DNA of 64,000 nucleotides, from NCBI GenBank assembly GCA_038207085.1, contig JBBRAE010000001.1, positions 192,001-256,000 on the forward strand, given 5' to 3'. The position numbers and the translations under genes were made by a program. The DNA is from Armatimonadota bacterium (lineage in GTDB: Bacteria > Armatimonadota > UBA5829 > DTLH01). Positions 48,650 through 57,748 of this stretch are shown here, one piece after another. Below the pieces are notes generated by a model. That model was not told where the DNA came from. It made no database searches and worked only from the letters and a program-made list of their open reading frames with translations. Numbering within the stretch: the stretch's first letter is position 1; each line of letters starts with the position of its first letter.

Positions 48650-49093
48650 TCAGAACGGGATAATGGGAGGAGGCGGAGCGTTTTCCTTATTGACAACGTA
48701 TATGTTGCCAAGCGACCCACCACTGTTCAGCCCAGCAGGGTATGTGACGGATGCCGGATCCTGACTGGTTCCGTTTGCCCTGACCCACCATGTATACACA
48801 GCAGGGACGGAACTACTGAGATCAACGGAATAGGTGTTCACTCCAGGAGCGCCTGCCATACTGAAACTAATGTTCCCCTGATTGTTGCTTGTGCTAGTGT
48901 AGCTGCCGATGGTGACTCTGGCACCAGCCACACCGTTGCCGGAGTTAAGGTCGACAACTCGGCCTGAAAGACTGAAAGTCCCAGGAGGTACAGGAGGCGT
49001 GCCGCCTCCACCTCCACCACCACAACCCGATATAACGGCAGCAGTGGCGATCACGCAGGTGATCATCGATATGATACGAAATTTGTTACGCAC
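48650..49093 (-). CDS. Lipoprotein with carboxypeptidase-regulatory-like Ig domain
   Basis: Lipobox ISGC followed by poly-Gly; AAGGAG RBS before the GTG at 49093. Confidence 0.75.
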   Translation of the reverse strand: MRNKFRIISMITCVIATAAVISGCGGGGGGGTPPVPPGTFSLSGRVVDLNSGNGVAGARVTIGSYTSTSNNQGNISFSMAGAPGVNTYSVDLSSSVPAVYTWWVRANGTSQDPASVTYPAGLNSGGSLGNIYVVNKENAPPPPIIPF

Positions 49094-49205
49094 TCTAGTC
49101 TCCTTAGCCTGGGGCTCTATCACGGCCACCCCGGGCGGCGCCAGCCCGTTCTCTCCAGTTAGATTATAATGCAACAAGGCGAGCATAGCAAGCAGATTTG
49201 CCAGC

Positions 49206-50297
49206 TTAGCGTTTCATCAGTTCGCATACGAGGTCCACGTTGCGAAGTGCGGCATCTTTGAACTCATTGACGTGCTTCACTGCCTTCTGTGAAATGTCCT
49301 CGCGCCGCTCCCAAGCATCGAGAATGCGGGCAGATACCTCAGCGGCGGTCAAATTCTCGATGCTGATCGGCTCCTCACCGATTGCAGCGTTTGTAAAGGC
49401 GGCAACCTTCGGATCATAGGCCACACCTACAAACGGCACACCAAGAATTGCTGAGAAGATCAAAGCATGCAATCTCATACCCACAAGCATCGAGGTCTTG
49501 CCGATGACAGCCATCGTCTGCGCTGGTGAGAGCTGGTTTGCCACGACTGAGGTCGGAGTCTTCATCTGCGACGCTACATGCACGCTTATGCCAAGATCCT
49601 GGTCCTTTTGCATCGGGAGGAATATCGGGGTGGCGCCTATCTTGTTCGCAGCGTTTTCGATGCCCTGTGCAAGCTCAGGTAGCCAGTGGGCTTGAACCAG
49701 CCACGGACGGATCGCTACACCGAGCACTTTACCGCCCTCCGGCACACCCGCGGCCTTGAGGATCTCATCTGCCTCCTCTGCCGGTCCTGGCTCGACCGCA
49801 AAGGACGGGTCAGCGGTCACAACGATCTCCGGGACTGTTACCCCAAGCTCCAATAGATAGTCCCGTGAGCCGGTGTCACGCACACTGATCAGATCGATCT
49901 TGTTCAGCACCGAACGCACAGCTCTTCTGGCCGACGGTTTCGTGAGCGGGCCGATACCCTGTGCGTAGACCATCACTTTCTTGCCCAGTCGCTTTGCGAC
50001 CCAGATAATCGACAGATAATACAACAGCGACCGAATACTGGTGACATCCTGAAGGAGGCTGCCGCCACCGGAGAGCAACACGTCACATTCCCGAAGCGCA
50101 GAAATCACTTCGGTAGGGTTCATTCTATTGACGGCGCGTATCCCGTGCAGTTTGGTAGTCTCTGCCGGGTTGGAAGATAGCGCCGTTATGCCAGTATTCG
50201 GGCAACGCTCTGCAAATGAGCCGACTATGCCCGAGAGCACAGCCTCATCTCCTGCGTTGCCGTAACCATAATATCCCGAAACAACTACAGCGCCTAC
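49206..50297 (-). CDS. csaB: Polysaccharide pyruvyl transferase CsaB (non-canonical start inferred)
   Basis: SGYYGYGNAGDEA lies in frame upstream of the called ORF; GGGSLLQDVTS, AQGIGP, MRLHALI, YDPKV. Confidence 0.9.
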   Translation of the reverse strand, partial: VGAVVVSGYYGYGNAGDEAVLSGIVGSFAERCPNTGITALSSNPAETTKLHGIRAVNRMNPTEVISALRECDVLLSGGGSLLQDVTSIRSLLYYLSIIWVAKRLGKKVMVYAQGIGPLTKPSARRAVRSVLNKIDLISVRDTGSRDYLLELGVTVPEIVVTADPSFAVEPGPAEEADEILKAAGVPEGGKVLGVAIRPWLVQAHWLPELAQGIENAANKIGATPIFLPMQKDQDLGISVHVASQMKTPTSVVANQLSPAQTMAVIGKTSMLVGMRLHALIFSAILGVPFVGVAYDPKVAAFTNAAIGEEPISIENLTAAEVSARILDAWERREDISQKAVKHVNEFKDAALRNVDLVCELMKR

Positions 50298-52195
50298 TTT
50301 GCCACCCCCACAATACTTCGCACGTTTCTAGTCTTTGTCTTGATCACGTTGCCGCGCTGGCGGAAGAACAAATGGACCAGAACGATCGCAAACAAAATGC
50401 CAACTATCGCGCCGATGATGCCCCGAGCAATCGAGATCGCGACCGGCGTGTGAATATGGCACATCGTGTTAAGAAGCGAAATCTCACCGAACGCCCCAAT
50501 GACAAGTAGCACCGACGCAAGGTTTCGTCTCCCGCCAAGCGCCGCCATAATGCCGAAAATAAGCGCGGGGTGACCGACAAGAAACTCCTTGGTGCGCGGA
50601 CGAACAAAGAGGATCGCGTCAAGGAACGATCTGAACTTCAGCTCAATCGACGATACCCCTACCCCTGGTTCGTTTCCTGAACGAAGAACCAAAACCGCCA
50701 CCATAACAAGCAGCACAAACCCAAGCCCCGTCTGCCACATAAGCAGTGGCTGAGAGCCGATTGCCCGCGCCCGCTCGATGACTCGAGCTTTCTGAGCGTC
50801 CCAACTGTCAGGCCGCCATCCGATTCCAGCCGCGTAAGCAAATGCAAGGAACATCAGTGGTAAAACAGTCGCAAGCTTTACACCACCAAATTGGTCTATG
50901 TGGAGCATAAAGCTGAGTCTTGCAAGTAGCCCAGCAATGAACAACCCGCCGGTCATCGATATGGCGACGGCACCTGCAAAACGCACAACGGACGGCCACA
51001 GATAGACACCAAGTCGGCGCGCGGAAGACTCGTCCGGCGTCCATGCTCCGGCGTAAAGCACCGCAAGAGTCGGAAAAACGATCGCGCTTGCCAATGCGAC
51101 CGCCTTCAGACCAATGGCGATACCCGGAGCCGCCATAGCAGCAAACATAAGAACAGCAACAATCGTCCCAATACGAACAAGCCTCGCGGGAAGACTGACA
51201 ACCGAAAGAATAAGCAACATAAGTCCGGCTGCGACGCCCGCAGCCATCACGATTCGGGCGAACACGCCAACTCCAGGGTCCTTAAATGGATGCGCCTGAT
51301 GAATGGAGAGCCCTTCTTTTTTGAGCCCGGCAGATATCTTGCTGACGTACTCGGAGTTGGCCGCCAATGGGTCGGGGCTGCTCATATCAAACATCCGTAC
51401 GTAGATCAGGCGAATATTTCGCTCTCTCGCCGCTTTCACGAACCGTTCGATCGCGGTCGGCATATCGAGCGTCCCCATCTCAGCTGAAGTGATGCTGTGA
51501 ACCCGAATCACGTTTGGCAGCATCTTGAGCGACATTTTGGCATCGCCCTTCTGCTTGGAAAACTCAACTGAGCCAAACGCAATGGAGTTCTGAGTGAAGG
51601 ATTTGGCTACAGGATCAATCGCGCCGCGGAAGCCGAGCACCTGATCCGATGCGAAGATAACCGTCTTAACACCAAGCTGCTGGAGTTTCTGGGCGGTAAG
51701 CTCCACGTCAGGCTCTTGCACACCGGGGTAGTTGACGAGCCTTGCGACTATGGGCATATTGAGCTTCTTCGCCGCGTCGAACGCTGCGGCAGGCAGCCCG
51801 TAAGGCAGTGAAAGCGCGTAGTCCGGGGTTCCAGACACGGGTGCGTAAATCGGGCGACTAAGAGGAACGATACTGCCGGGGATAGTCTCTTTGAACACCG
51901 TAGTCGGCCCCGGCTTCACGGAAACAGTGGCGAGGCCCAAGTTTACAAGGACTGCGCCGGTCATCTCCTGCACGGCAACAGTCGTAGCGCCGGATTCCTT
52001 GAGCCTGGACAGAACCTCGCGAACGGACTTATGAGTCGCCCCGGCAAGGTCGGTCACTTCGGAGTAGTCGACTGCGACCTCGACGGATCTGTTCGCCGTC
52101 TCAGCGTCGTACCTGGGAGCAAGCGCGCCGATTGCGGCGACAATTACCCCGATCACAAGAATCGCTGTCAAAAACCTGTATTGTCTAAAAACCAT
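50294..52195 (-). CDS. DUF5693 family membrane protein
   Basis: ERNIR, FGGVK, RSGN, RPRTKEFLVGHP, NTMCHIHTP; adjacent to csaB. Confidence 0.8.
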   Translation of the reverse strand: MVFRQYRFLTAILVIGVIVAAIGALAPRYDAETANRSVEVAVDYSEVTDLAGATHKSVREVLSRLKESGATTVAVQEMTGAVLVNLGLATVSVKPGPTTVFKETIPGSIVPLSRPIYAPVSGTPDYALSLPYGLPAAAFDAAKKLNMPIVARLVNYPGVQEPDVELTAQKLQQLGVKTVIFASDQVLGFRGAIDPVAKSFTQNSIAFGSVEFSKQKGDAKMSLKMLPNVIRVHSITSAEMGTLDMPTAIERFVKAARERNIRLIYVRMFDMSSPDPLAANSEYVSKISAGLKKEGLSIHQAHPFKDPGVGVFARIVMAAGVAAGLMLLILSVVSLPARLVRIGTIVAVLMFAAMAAPGIAIGLKAVALASAIVFPTLAVLYAGAWTPDESSARRLGVYLWPSVVRFAGAVAISMTGGLFIAGLLARLSFMLHIDQFGGVKLATVLPLMFLAFAYAAGIGWRPDSWDAQKARVIERARAIGSQPLLMWQTGLGFVLLVMVAVLVLRSGNEPGVGVSSIELKFRSFLDAILFVRPRTKEFLVGHPALIFGIMAALGGRRNLASVLLVIGAFGEISLLNTMCHIHTPVAISIARGIIGAIVGILFAIVLVHLFFRQRGNVIKTKTRNVRSIVGVAK

Positions 52196-52230
52196 CAGTC
52201 CTCGTACCAGCTGTTATAGAATAAGCGCTA

Positions 52231-52977
52231 TTAGCGCCTGTCGCGAACAATTTTGCGACCACCGAGCAGCAATATGCCGAGCGCTCCGGCGGCGAACCCG
52301 CCGATATGCGCCCAGTAAGCGACGCCACCAGTGCCTTGCCCCGGACCTGCTGACATTGTCGTGCTGAACACTTGGATAAAGATCCAGTAACCCAGTAACA
52401 CTACGGCAGGAATGGACACTGTCGTCACAAAGAAACCGAGAAAGATGAGCGTAAGCACTCTCGCTTTTGGAAATAGCACCATGTATGCCCCAAGCACAGC
52501 CGCAATCGCCCCGCTTGCCCCAACCACTGGCACCTGCGAGCTTGGATCACTTAACACGTGCGCCGCTGCAGCCGCAAGCCCACCGATCAGATAAAACGAG
52601 AGAAACTTCCAGTGACCGAGAACATCCTCAACATTGTTTCCAAATATCCAAAGGTAGAGCATATTTCCGCCGATGTGCAATAGGTTGGCATGCAGAAACA
52701 TCGACGTAAATATGGTAATCCACACCGGACTTGGGCTGGGGTGCGGGATAGATATAAACCCCTGCCCACGCGACAACAGTTGAGCCGGCAGGTTCGGATC
52801 GCCTACCGATATCTGTTTGGGAATCATAGTGAAATCCCAAAGTGCCCCGACAGGGATACCGTGGTAGTTTCCACCGCCGGTAATGTCCACCAGATAAGCG
52901 ACAATATTGAGCACAACAAGCGCGTACATAACATACGGCGTAATGCGCGAAGGGTTATCATCTCTAAGCGGGATCAT
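52231..52977 (-). CDS. Rhomboid intramembrane serine protease
   Basis: HIGGNM, GASGA, AHIGGF. Confidence 0.95.
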   Translation of the reverse strand: MIPLRDDNPSRITPYVMYALVVLNIVAYLVDITGGGNYHGIPVGALWDFTMIPKQISVGDPNLPAQLLSRGQGFISIPHPSPSPVWITIFTSMFLHANLLHIGGNMLYLWIFGNNVEDVLGHWKFLSFYLIGGLAAAAAHVLSDPSSQVPVVGASGAIAAVLGAYMVLFPKARVLTLIFLGFFVTTVSIPAVVLLGYWIFIQVFSTTMSAGPGQGTGGVAYWAHIGGFAAGALGILLLGGRKIVRDRR

Positions 52978-53235
52978 AACTCCGCCTCCCTGCGTCCCAT
53001 AGCACTAATACCGGATAGCCTAGCGCATAGCGCCGCCGATCCTGAATCCGTCGGCCTTCGCCACTCTCGCGTCGAAGCATCTGCACGCAAAACAATGACC
53101 ACAGCAGTAAATAAGAACCAGATGAAGCGTGCAGTAGATTCTAACACAAAGCGTTCATGGTGTAAACGTAGCGGGCTGACGACCGTATGCAAACGTATAC
53201 AATGGCGGGTGCAGCGCTTATGCCAACGATGTGCA

Positions 53236-53348
53236 TTGACGAGCGCCTGCTTTATTAGGTACAATCATATTGATGAATTAGATGGCGAATGCCGCCTTTC
53301 GACGGCGCTATCCGCGCCGTCTCTTATTGGCTGGCGCGGATAGCGCCG
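53236..53348 (+). promoter_or_regulatory. Sigma70-like promoter and a 16-bp leader hairpin
   Basis: TTGACG-N18-TACAAT; stem 53303-53318/53333-53348. Confidence 0.5.
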
Positions 53349-53376
53349 CCGGGAAAGTGAGAAAACACGAGTCGCA

Positions 53377-56094
53377 ATGTATGACTGTCGAGAAAATGAG
53401 CACCAGGAGTTATTTCACCTCGGTGTAAACCCAAATAGTCCAGTTTCCATTCACATTCCCAGCCCGATTGGCACACTAGGGTACTACGTGTTCGTTTGTG
53501 TTCCCGCTGATGCCATTACGCGACTCACTGGGCTCAAGATGAAAATCGACATCGGCGGTACGCGCGAAGATCATCTTATGATCGATGTCTACCCGGAGCT
53601 TGTGGTCACCCAATCGAAAGATCCGGGACATGTCTGGGTGCAATTGGCAAGGCCTAATGTCTCGCGCGGAGATGGAACGATCGATTTTCAGGGCTGGCCT
53701 ACAGACGTGACAAACGCCGACGTGCTGCTTTGCACTTGGCCGAGGTTCGTCGAAAGCGGGATGGCAGACGACTGGATCGCTGCTCAGGCTGACCCGCTGT
53801 GGGCCGCGTCAGGAGTCCCGATGGGTGGCATCGGCTGCGGTCGAGTTGATATTTGCCGCGACGGCCGTTTCCGAAACTTCAGCATGAACAATAACCAGGA
53901 CGCCCCGCTCGAAGACCCAAACGGCGTCGCTGGCGCATATCTCGCGGTTGCTATGGGCGACTCAGTGAAAGACATTGCCTCCCGCCCGATAGTTTCGGGA
54001 CATGGCGAGGTTGACACACTTCGTTACGAAAGCAGATTCCCGCAGGCGACTCTCTCGGCGACAGCTGTTTTTCCCGGGGTCGACGTGAGCGTTACTGTGT
54101 CGGGGCCGTTTGCTCCGCACAACATCAAGAGGTCCTCACTTCCGGGTTTGGTAATTAGATTTTCAATAAAGAACCGCGGCGACTCAGATGCGACGGTTCG
54201 CTGCCTGATGGGCTGGCCGAACCTGGTGGGCCTCGGCGGAGGAATCGCTTCAGTTGAGAGCGGAATCGGCTACGGTGACGGGTTCTACCGCTATTGGTCC
54301 GACCCCACCGGGCGCAAGGAAGAGCGCATCGAGCTTGACGGAGCCATCGCAGCTAAGCTTTCCGGCGCTCCCGGGGAAGACTACATCGCCTCCGCTGGGA
54401 CTCACATACTTGCAGTTTCGACTTCGGGGTGCAAGGCAGGCGTTACCTGCGCAAACGGAGGCTCAGAGGCTGAAGGCGCTGTGACAGTCCCCGCTGGTGG
54501 CGAAGCGACGGTCACAATGGCACTCGCTGTTGAAATGCCGAACTGGATCGACTCACTCGGAGTCAACTGCGGGCATATGTGGCAGAACTTCTACGCTGGC
54601 GCCGAAGAAATCGTCACGGAGATACTTGCAGAGGCCGATCAAATACTCTCCGAAGCCGGAGCGCTTGCAGAGCATCTGGACGACAGCACTCTGCCCGATT
54701 GGCTGCGCGCCAGACTCTCGAACTGCAACTATCCGCTGGTAACCAACAGCGTCCTCTATAAAGACGGTCGCTTCAGCATCAACGAAGGGCCGACCGAGAT
54801 GGCGGGATGCTACGGGACGATAGACCAGCGCCTCGCCGCGCACCCATCCACCCAGATTTTCTTCCCTGAGCTGAACAAGACCGAACTCGGACTATTCAGC
54901 GCGATTCAGGGCCCGAACGGTGGAATATGCCATGATCTTGGAAGTGGCCATCTAGAAAGACAACCCGGCGAGATTCCTTGGCCGGACCTGACGTGCTCCT
55001 ATGTGATTCAGACAGCCAGACACACGTGGACCACGGGGGACACGGAACTCGAAAAGAGCGTGTGGCCGCGTGCCAAAGAGGCGATTATTCGTCATTCCAA
55101 ATGGGCGCTTGAGGGCGGCGGTGTCGCACAGGTCGGAAACGGACTTGGCACGAGTTACGATGGATACCACTACGAAGGCACAACCGGATATATGGCGACA
55201 CTCTGGATAGCCGCGCTTACCGTCGCAGAGAAGTGGGCACGCAAGAACGACGACCAGGAGTTTGTATCTGATATCGCCACATGGAAAGAGGCCGCTGTGG
55301 CGAAGCTTGACAAGGATCTTTGGAACGGTAGCCATTACATCGCCTACGGAAACGGAAATGGCGTTCGGCGAGAGACCTGTCACGCAGGTCAGATCGCGGG
55401 ACAGGCGTTTGCGCGCATGCTTTGCGGACAGAACGTCCTGGACGACTCCCGGCTGAAGCAGTGTGTGGACTCGATCATGGCGCTGAACGGCAACGAACGC
55501 TTCGCAGTGCCGCCGGACGAAGCCGCAAGCGACGGGACGGCAGCCACAGAGTTTGGATGGCTCCCATATATAGAAGGGTTTATGCTCTCAGCCATCGCAT
55601 CGCTCGGGGATCAGCGACTGTGGCCCGTTTGGGAACGCATGATGAAGGCGGTCGACCAGAACGGTGCAAGCCCGTGCGACACCAGGCTTATGTATCGCCC
55701 CGAAAGCGGCGCACCGAGCTGGGGCTGGTGCTACATGACCGCTCCTGCGAGTTGGCTGGTCTACGATTCGGCGTTCGACTTCTTCTTCACTGCAACTGAT
55801 GGTGTGCTTCGGATGCGTTCTACGATGCCCGGGCGCTTCCCGCTCGTTCATCCCCTGTTCTGGGGAACAGCCGATGTTGATGAGGACGGCGCAATCCGAA
55901 TAAGCATCAAGAAGGTCTTCGCAGACTCGACGGTCAGAGTTCAGACTATCGAGGTCCCCACTTCTGTCTGCACTGTAACCGTCGGAGGTCAAACACTGGC
56001 CGCAGCCAACACCGAAGGCGATTACACCCACTACTCACTTCCCATACCCGTGGCGCTTGCGCCCGGCGCGGTTATCGAGTGGAAGGCAAGCTAG
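53377..56094 (+). CDS. GH116 (GBA2-like) glycoside hydrolase; start uncertain
   Basis: GVPMGGIGCG, FPQA, HDLG, WPDL, TSYD, LWNGSHY. Confidence 0.85.
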   Translation: MYDCRENEHQELFHLGVNPNSPVSIHIPSPIGTLGYYVFVCVPADAITRLTGLKMKIDIGGTREDHLMIDVYPELVVTQSKDPGHVWVQLARPNVSRGDGTIDFQGWPTDVTNADVLLCTWPRFVESGMADDWIAAQADPLWAASGVPMGGIGCGRVDICRDGRFRNFSMNNNQDAPLEDPNGVAGAYLAVAMGDSVKDIASRPIVSGHGEVDTLRYESRFPQATLSATAVFPGVDVSVTVSGPFAPHNIKRSSLPGLVIRFSIKNRGDSDATVRCLMGWPNLVGLGGGIASVESGIGYGDGFYRYWSDPTGRKEERIELDGAIAAKLSGAPGEDYIASAGTHILAVSTSGCKAGVTCANGGSEAEGAVTVPAGGEATVTMALAVEMPNWIDSLGVNCGHMWQNFYAGAEEIVTEILAEADQILSEAGALAEHLDDSTLPDWLRARLSNCNYPLVTNSVLYKDGRFSINEGPTEMAGCYGTIDQRLAAHPSTQIFFPELNKTELGLFSAIQGPNGGICHDLGSGHLERQPGEIPWPDLTCSYVIQTARHTWTTGDTELEKSVWPRAKEAIIRHSKWALEGGGVAQVGNGLGTSYDGYHYEGTTGYMATLWIAALTVAEKWARKNDDQEFVSDIATWKEAAVAKLDKDLWNGSHYIAYGNGNGVRRETCHAGQIAGQAFARMLCGQNVLDDSRLKQCVDSIMALNGNERFAVPPDEAASDGTAATEFGWLPYIEGFMLSAIASLGDQRLWPVWERMMKAVDQNGASPCDTRLMYRPESGAPSWGWCYMTAPASWLVYDSAFDFFFTATDGVLRMRSTMPGRFPLVHPLFWGTADVDEDGAIRISIKKVFADSTVRVQTIEVPTSVCTVTVGGQTLAAANTEGDYTHYSLPIPVALAPGAVIEWKAS

Positions 56095-56128
56095 CAAACA
56101 CGTCATAACTGCAATTTGTGACTATACC

Positions 56129-56159
56129 GGCCCTGGACAGCTTTTGTTCAGGGCCATTT
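56129..56159 (+). terminator. Hairpin after the GH116 gene
   Basis: ggccctggaca/tgttcagggcc stem with weak T tail. Confidence 0.45.
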
Positions 56160-56286
56160 ATGTCTCTCGGGCACGTTCGGTGGCGCGTCTTCCGTAACTG
56201 TTAATGCAGAGGTTTATCATTGGGAGTAACTGTGGAACAAACTCTGCGTCTGATATAGTGTAACCAAACAACGAGAGGTACCTGAG

Positions 56287-57714
56287 ATAAAGACTCTGGC
56301 AATCATCATACTGATCGGCCTCGGCTGCGCGGCGTTCGCTGCTTCGCCGCGTTCTGAGTTCAGAGGAGCGTGGGTAACTGCGTGGAACTACGGGTTCCTA
56401 AGTCCCGCCGAAGCAGACGAAACCGTGCGACTCGCTAAAGAGGCGAACATCAACGCACTCTTTATCCAGGTGCGAAAGACCGGCGACGCCTATTACAAGT
56501 CCGCCTTTGAGGCTCGGGCGACCAATATTGCCGGTGACCCGGATTTTGACCCCCTTGCCTATATAATCCGTGCTGCGCACGCTCAGGGTATACAAGTCCA
56601 CGCCTGGATGAACACATTCAGGATCTGGGGCAAGACGACGCCTCCAGCCGACCCCAATCATATCGCAGTGCTCCATCCCGACTGGATAACGCGCACCGCC
56701 ACAGGTGACACTGGCGCAGGCGAAGGACTGTTTCTCGACCCTGGAGTTGCCGAAGTGCGGGACTATACGTTTAATGTCTTTATGGACGTAGTGCGCAACT
56801 ACGACATCGACGGCATTCACCTCGACTACGTTCGTTATCCCGGCGCAGAGTTTGGCTACGCTCCACCCGCCGTTCAGCATTTCAACCTTGAAAAAGGTCG
56901 CGAAGGCACGCCGGTAAATACAGACCCCGAGTGGATGCAGTGGCGGCGCGATCAGGTGACGGCGCTTGTGTCCAAAATCTATAAAGATGCGACTGCGCTC
57001 AAACCCAACATCATGGTATCAGTCGCTGCAGTGCCTTGGGGGGATTGTCAGAACAATTTCTGCGATACTCTGCCATTTCGCAAGGTGTATCAGGACTGGC
57101 GCGGTTGGCTTGCGCAGGGGGTGATCGATGCCTGCATCCCTATGAACTACCGCGACGAGAGTAATCCCAAGTCCGCCAAGCAATATAGAAACTGGCTTGA
57201 TGGCTTCAACCAGTGGAAGTATGACCGCCAAATCTATACAGGGTTGGACTTCAACAGAAGCCCTGAGATGGTTGTGCGTCAGATTGAAGCCGCAAGAAAG
57301 CGCGGAATCGCCGGAATGGTCGGCTTCTCGTTCAACCAGACGCCGGAGCGGACCAAGCTTGTTCAGGTTCTCAAGCAAAAGATATACAGCGAGTCTGCCG
57401 ATTTCCCTGAGATGACTTGGAAACTTGCCTGCATTCAAAGGCAGAGTCGCGACCTCTATCGGCGTGCAATCGACGCGGTCACTCTCGAAAACGATCTGGA
57501 CAAGGGGTTGGACCTGCTAACTCAAGCGGTCGAGATCGACCCCAAGTATATCGACGCGCACTTCAGGCTTGGCCGGATCTACTCAAAGAAGGAATTGTGG
57601 GCCGACGCGGTGAAGGAGTTCGATGAGGTCCTGCTGCTTAGTCCAAGTTATTTGGCTGCACGGACTGAACGAGACGCAGCCGCCAAACGCCTCGACACCG
57701 GCACTGCCAACTGA
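56287..57714 (+). CDS. GHL10 (YngK-like) glycosyl hydrolase with C-terminal TPRs; ATA start inferred
   Basis: EFRGAWV, FIQVR..GDAYY, FDPLAY, YDIDGIHLDYVRY; the signal peptide lies upstream of the called ORF. Confidence 0.85.
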   Translation: MKTLAIIILIGLGCAAFAASPRSEFRGAWVTAWNYGFLSPAEADETVRLAKEANINALFIQVRKTGDAYYKSAFEARATNIAGDPDFDPLAYIIRAAHAQGIQVHAWMNTFRIWGKTTPPADPNHIAVLHPDWITRTATGDTGAGEGLFLDPGVAEVRDYTFNVFMDVVRNYDIDGIHLDYVRYPGAEFGYAPPAVQHFNLEKGREGTPVNTDPEWMQWRRDQVTALVSKIYKDATALKPNIMVSVAAVPWGDCQNNFCDTLPFRKVYQDWRGWLAQGVIDACIPMNYRDESNPKSAKQYRNWLDGFNQWKYDRQIYTGLDFNRSPEMVVRQIEAARKRGIAGMVGFSFNQTPERTKLVQVLKQKIYSESADFPEMTWKLACIQRQSRDLYRRAIDAVTLENDLDKGLDLLTQAVEIDPKYIDAHFRLGRIYSKKELWADAVKEFDEVLLLSPSYLAARTERDAAAKRLDTGTAN

Positions 57715-57748
57715 GCCAGCAGCAAACGAATGGAATCGGAGTGACACC

